A DNA stretch of 64,000 nucleotides, taken from the NCBI RefSeq assembly GCF_018977255.1, contig NW_024704768.1, positions 4,340,001-4,404,000 on the forward strand, given 5' to 3'. The notes under the pieces are model-generated. The model ran no database searches. It saw only the letters and a list, made by a program, of their open reading frames with translations, and had not been told where the DNA came from. Shown here piece by piece: positions 60,928 to 64,000 of this stretch (the first letter of the stretch is position 1; the number at the start of each line of letters is the position of its first letter). Both the position numbers and the translations under genes were made by a program. The DNA comes from Callorhinchus milii. Taxonomy: Eukaryota.

Positions 60928-62503
60928 AGTAAGGAAACACCTCAAAGGGCTTCACAGAATATATTGTAAAGTGGATTGACTGCATTGTTTGCCAATTGCT
61001 CACACAAACAGTCGTGGATTGAGTGAGCAAATTCTTCTTATTTTGTCTTGGAAGGGATTCTTACCCCCTGGAAAAGTGTGTTCGAGGAGCTCATCGTCTT
61101 CAAATTCCAGATCATTCAGAATTGAGGAAAACCCTAATACTTAGCCTTGATTTGAAAGTTCCTCCGTGGGCTTGTGTGTGTGTGTGTGCGTGTGTGTGTG
61201 TGTGCGTGTGTGTGGGGGGTGAGGAAGGAAGGAAACTTGCCTAAGGTTTCGTCCCGACCTGACCCGCTGGGGAATCGAACCCGGGTCCTCTCGCTGGCGA
61301 GGCGAGGGCTGTAACCCCTGAGCTGGTGGGGGGGGAGGGGGGGGCTCCAAAATTCTGGAGGTTGAGAAAGGCGAGGCAGACGGAGTAAACGTAGGTCTGG
61401 ATGGAAATTTCTCCCAGCAGCTTAAAGGCTAAATAAACACGTCAGATGGTATAGCTGTAACCGCATGTTTGACTCACGTGCAGAGTAGAGAAGCCAGAAT
61501 CTGCCCTTGACCCATTTTGCTGCAAAAACACTCCTGCTCAGATTCAGGTAATAACACATATGTTTGCCCTTAATCCCCCTCCTCCCACCCCCCCCCCCCC
61601 CACCCACCTCCACCCCCCGAAAAAAAAGACACTTGATCATATCAACACACACAGGATGGAGGAACACATGTCCACTTGATGTGCATTCCAACTGCTATGA
61701 GCACCAGAGGTAACACTGTTGATTCTAGTGTTTGGCAAATAATAACGACGACGACAATAATAATAATCCTTGCATTTGACACAGCGCCTGATCACGTCTT
61801 CGAGACGTCTCAAAGCGCTTCACGGGATACACTGTGTATTTTGTGGGGCGAAACGCAGCAGCCAATTGCGCCCAGCAGCGTGCGAGGCACACAAGCAGTC
61901 GTGGATTGGGTGACCAAATTATTATTAATTGGGAGGGATTATTAGCTCCCGGAAAAGCGATCCACCAATCGACTAACGAGCGGGTTCCCACTTACTGCCG
62001 GGTAAACAGAGGCGTGGGTTTGTGTGCAGCAAGTAAGGAAACTTGCCTAAGGTTTCGTCCTGTCCCGCCCGGGAATCAAATGTAAATTTTGAACATTGGC
62101 CAAAATAACACAGCAAATCCCATCCTTACCCCATCCCTATCCAATGCAATAGGGAATATCCCCCCAAAATTTGACTCATCAACATGTGTCTTTGGTACTC
62201 AAGAGACAGAGAGGGAGCAATTAATACAAGTTGCTTTTCACAACTGGAATCAATCTGCTAAACTCGTTTTGTTTATTTCTAAAAGACGTTTCTAAGAGAG
62301 AGAGAGAGACTCTTGTTTTTAAACGGAGAGACAGGAAGAAGCTAAAAAAAGACAGGCCAAAACCATTCAAAGCCCTCTACCAGGAAGGAAAAGTCTATCG
62401 AGGAGTTTATGATGCGATTGGTATACACTTCACACACTACACTACACAACAAGGAAGGTAATCTGTTCTAAGAGGAAAGGAATGAGACAGTAAATTGGTC
62501 GAG

Positions 62504-62553
<50 letters not shown>

Positions 62554-63537
62554 GTCAGGAACTTTTTGGTTAGTTCACCTTCAGTCAAGAGGAAACACTA
62601 AAGCATGCTCAATTCCACCTGTCTACAGTAGCTATTGAACCCGGATCCAAAGGCAAATTGATGTCCCAGGACTCCTGAAAGGGAAGTTAATGAGATCTGT
62701 ATGTAACATGTCAACTCAGTGAAGCAATTCATTTCAATCGGAAGCTTTTCAAATCCACAGGCAAAATAATAATAATAATAATCATTATTTTTTTTTAAAT
62801 TACACATAAAAAAAACTAGGAAACTAGTAGTAGAGTGACGCCTGTTCTCCGCAGCCTTGCCACCACTGGTATAACATGCCCATGTCACTCCGACAGGATC
62901 CCAAGTAATAATAATGATAATTATAATACTAATAATCCTTGTATTTGATGTGAATATATCTCACAGTGCTATGTCCAGTGTCGGCTGAGGAGGATGGCTG
63001 CTGGAGAGACTTCATTGGTAATGTCTCGGGTGAGATATACTTGGCAAAATGGCCAACTGTTTCTCCCCCCCCACCCACCCTCTCCCCAACCCAATCTAGC
63101 ACCTTATTATGTGGTCGAGACGTCATTTCGCCCTGACTCTGCCCGCCCGGGAATCGAACCCGGGCCCTCTCGCTTGCGAGGCGAGGGCTCCAACCACTAC
63201 CCTACGGGTTAGACGGTTCCAGCCTGTGGTAGACGTGACACGGGCACAGATAACTGGTGTGGCCTTGCAGCCGAGAACAGGCGGCACATACACAGCAACC
63301 CTGCCAACACTCGAACCCTTGTACCGTTCGATTGGGTCAAGTCAACAGTGGGTCTGGCAAGAGTGACAAGCCGTGGAGACACATTATGAAGCCGAGAGGT
63401 CCACAAACTGGGCGCCAAAACCAACGAAGAGCCTGTTAGAACCACCATTCTCGGTTTAAACCACACCGACTCTCCCCGCGACCAGTTTCCTCGCCCCCCC
63501 CCCCCCCCCCCCCCGCCCCCTGCCCCCCACCCCAGCT

Positions 63538-63741
63538 CAGGGTCGTCCAACCTTTTCGGCTGTTGAGAATTTTTTATTTTGAGAGGAACTTTTGGCTATT
63601 TAAGGAACGGCCACGAGACACTCAGCAATAATTTGGGGTTTCCCTTCCAGAAATGTCACGTGACATTGACGGGGAATGGAGGGAGGAATGTGGGGGTGGG
63701 GGGCCGGATTTGGCCCGCGGGCCGCCAGTTGAACCACCCTG
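63538..63741. mobile_element. Non-autonomous hAT-like DNA transposon (MITE)
   Basis: Terminal inverted repeats CAGGGTCGTCCAAC / GTTGAACCACCCTG (12/14 match) and a subterminal GGGCCGGATTTGGCCCGCGGGCCG palindrome. Confidence 0.65.
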
Positions 63742-64000
63742 CTGCAACTTACACAAATGTCTACTGCCATTGCTTCATGCAGCCCAATTGGCACCGCATT
63801 ACCCCGGCCATCGGTCACAGAGTTCACCAAGGACGTTTCCAGACTGGATGACGTTCTTTTTTTTTTAACAGATGATAATAATAATAATAAATTGGTCACT
63901 TCAGTCCACAACTGTTTGTCGGGACGCTGCTGTGCGCGATTGTCTTTAGCGTTTCGCCCACAAACTATACAGTCACTACACTTTGCAGTATATCCCGTGA

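Noticed and set aside
60501-64000. Further scn8a coding exons
   Set aside because: No Nav-like translation found; the preceding exon must lie beyond the window.

Overview
Eukaryotic, intron-rich vertebrate DNA with nine N gaps. It is dense in one tRNA-derived SINE family, L2/CR1 LINE fragments and microsatellites; repeat style and gene content suggest a cartilaginous fish such as a chimaera (inference). Reading splice sites by hand gives seven protein-coding genes: znf385a (+, first exon not located), a survivin paralog (birc5b-like, +), neurod4 (-), endou (-), tespa1/ITPRID-family (+), ppp1r1a (+) and the 3' part of scn8a (-). This is a compact HoxC-paralogon (human 12q13-like) block. I see no CRISPR array or prokaryote-type novel system. 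The most notable items are: the scn8a 18N poison exon/18A pair with an RBFOX site; a U2-type AT-AC intron; a TESPA1 with KRAP/SSFA2-like features; a head-to-head endou/tespa1 pair with a lymphoid-type motif cluster; a single-SMB ENDOU; an unresolved ppp1r1a 3' end; and an orphan exon-like segment readable on both strands. Gene names rest on recalled similarity to human proteins plus synteny, not on database searches.
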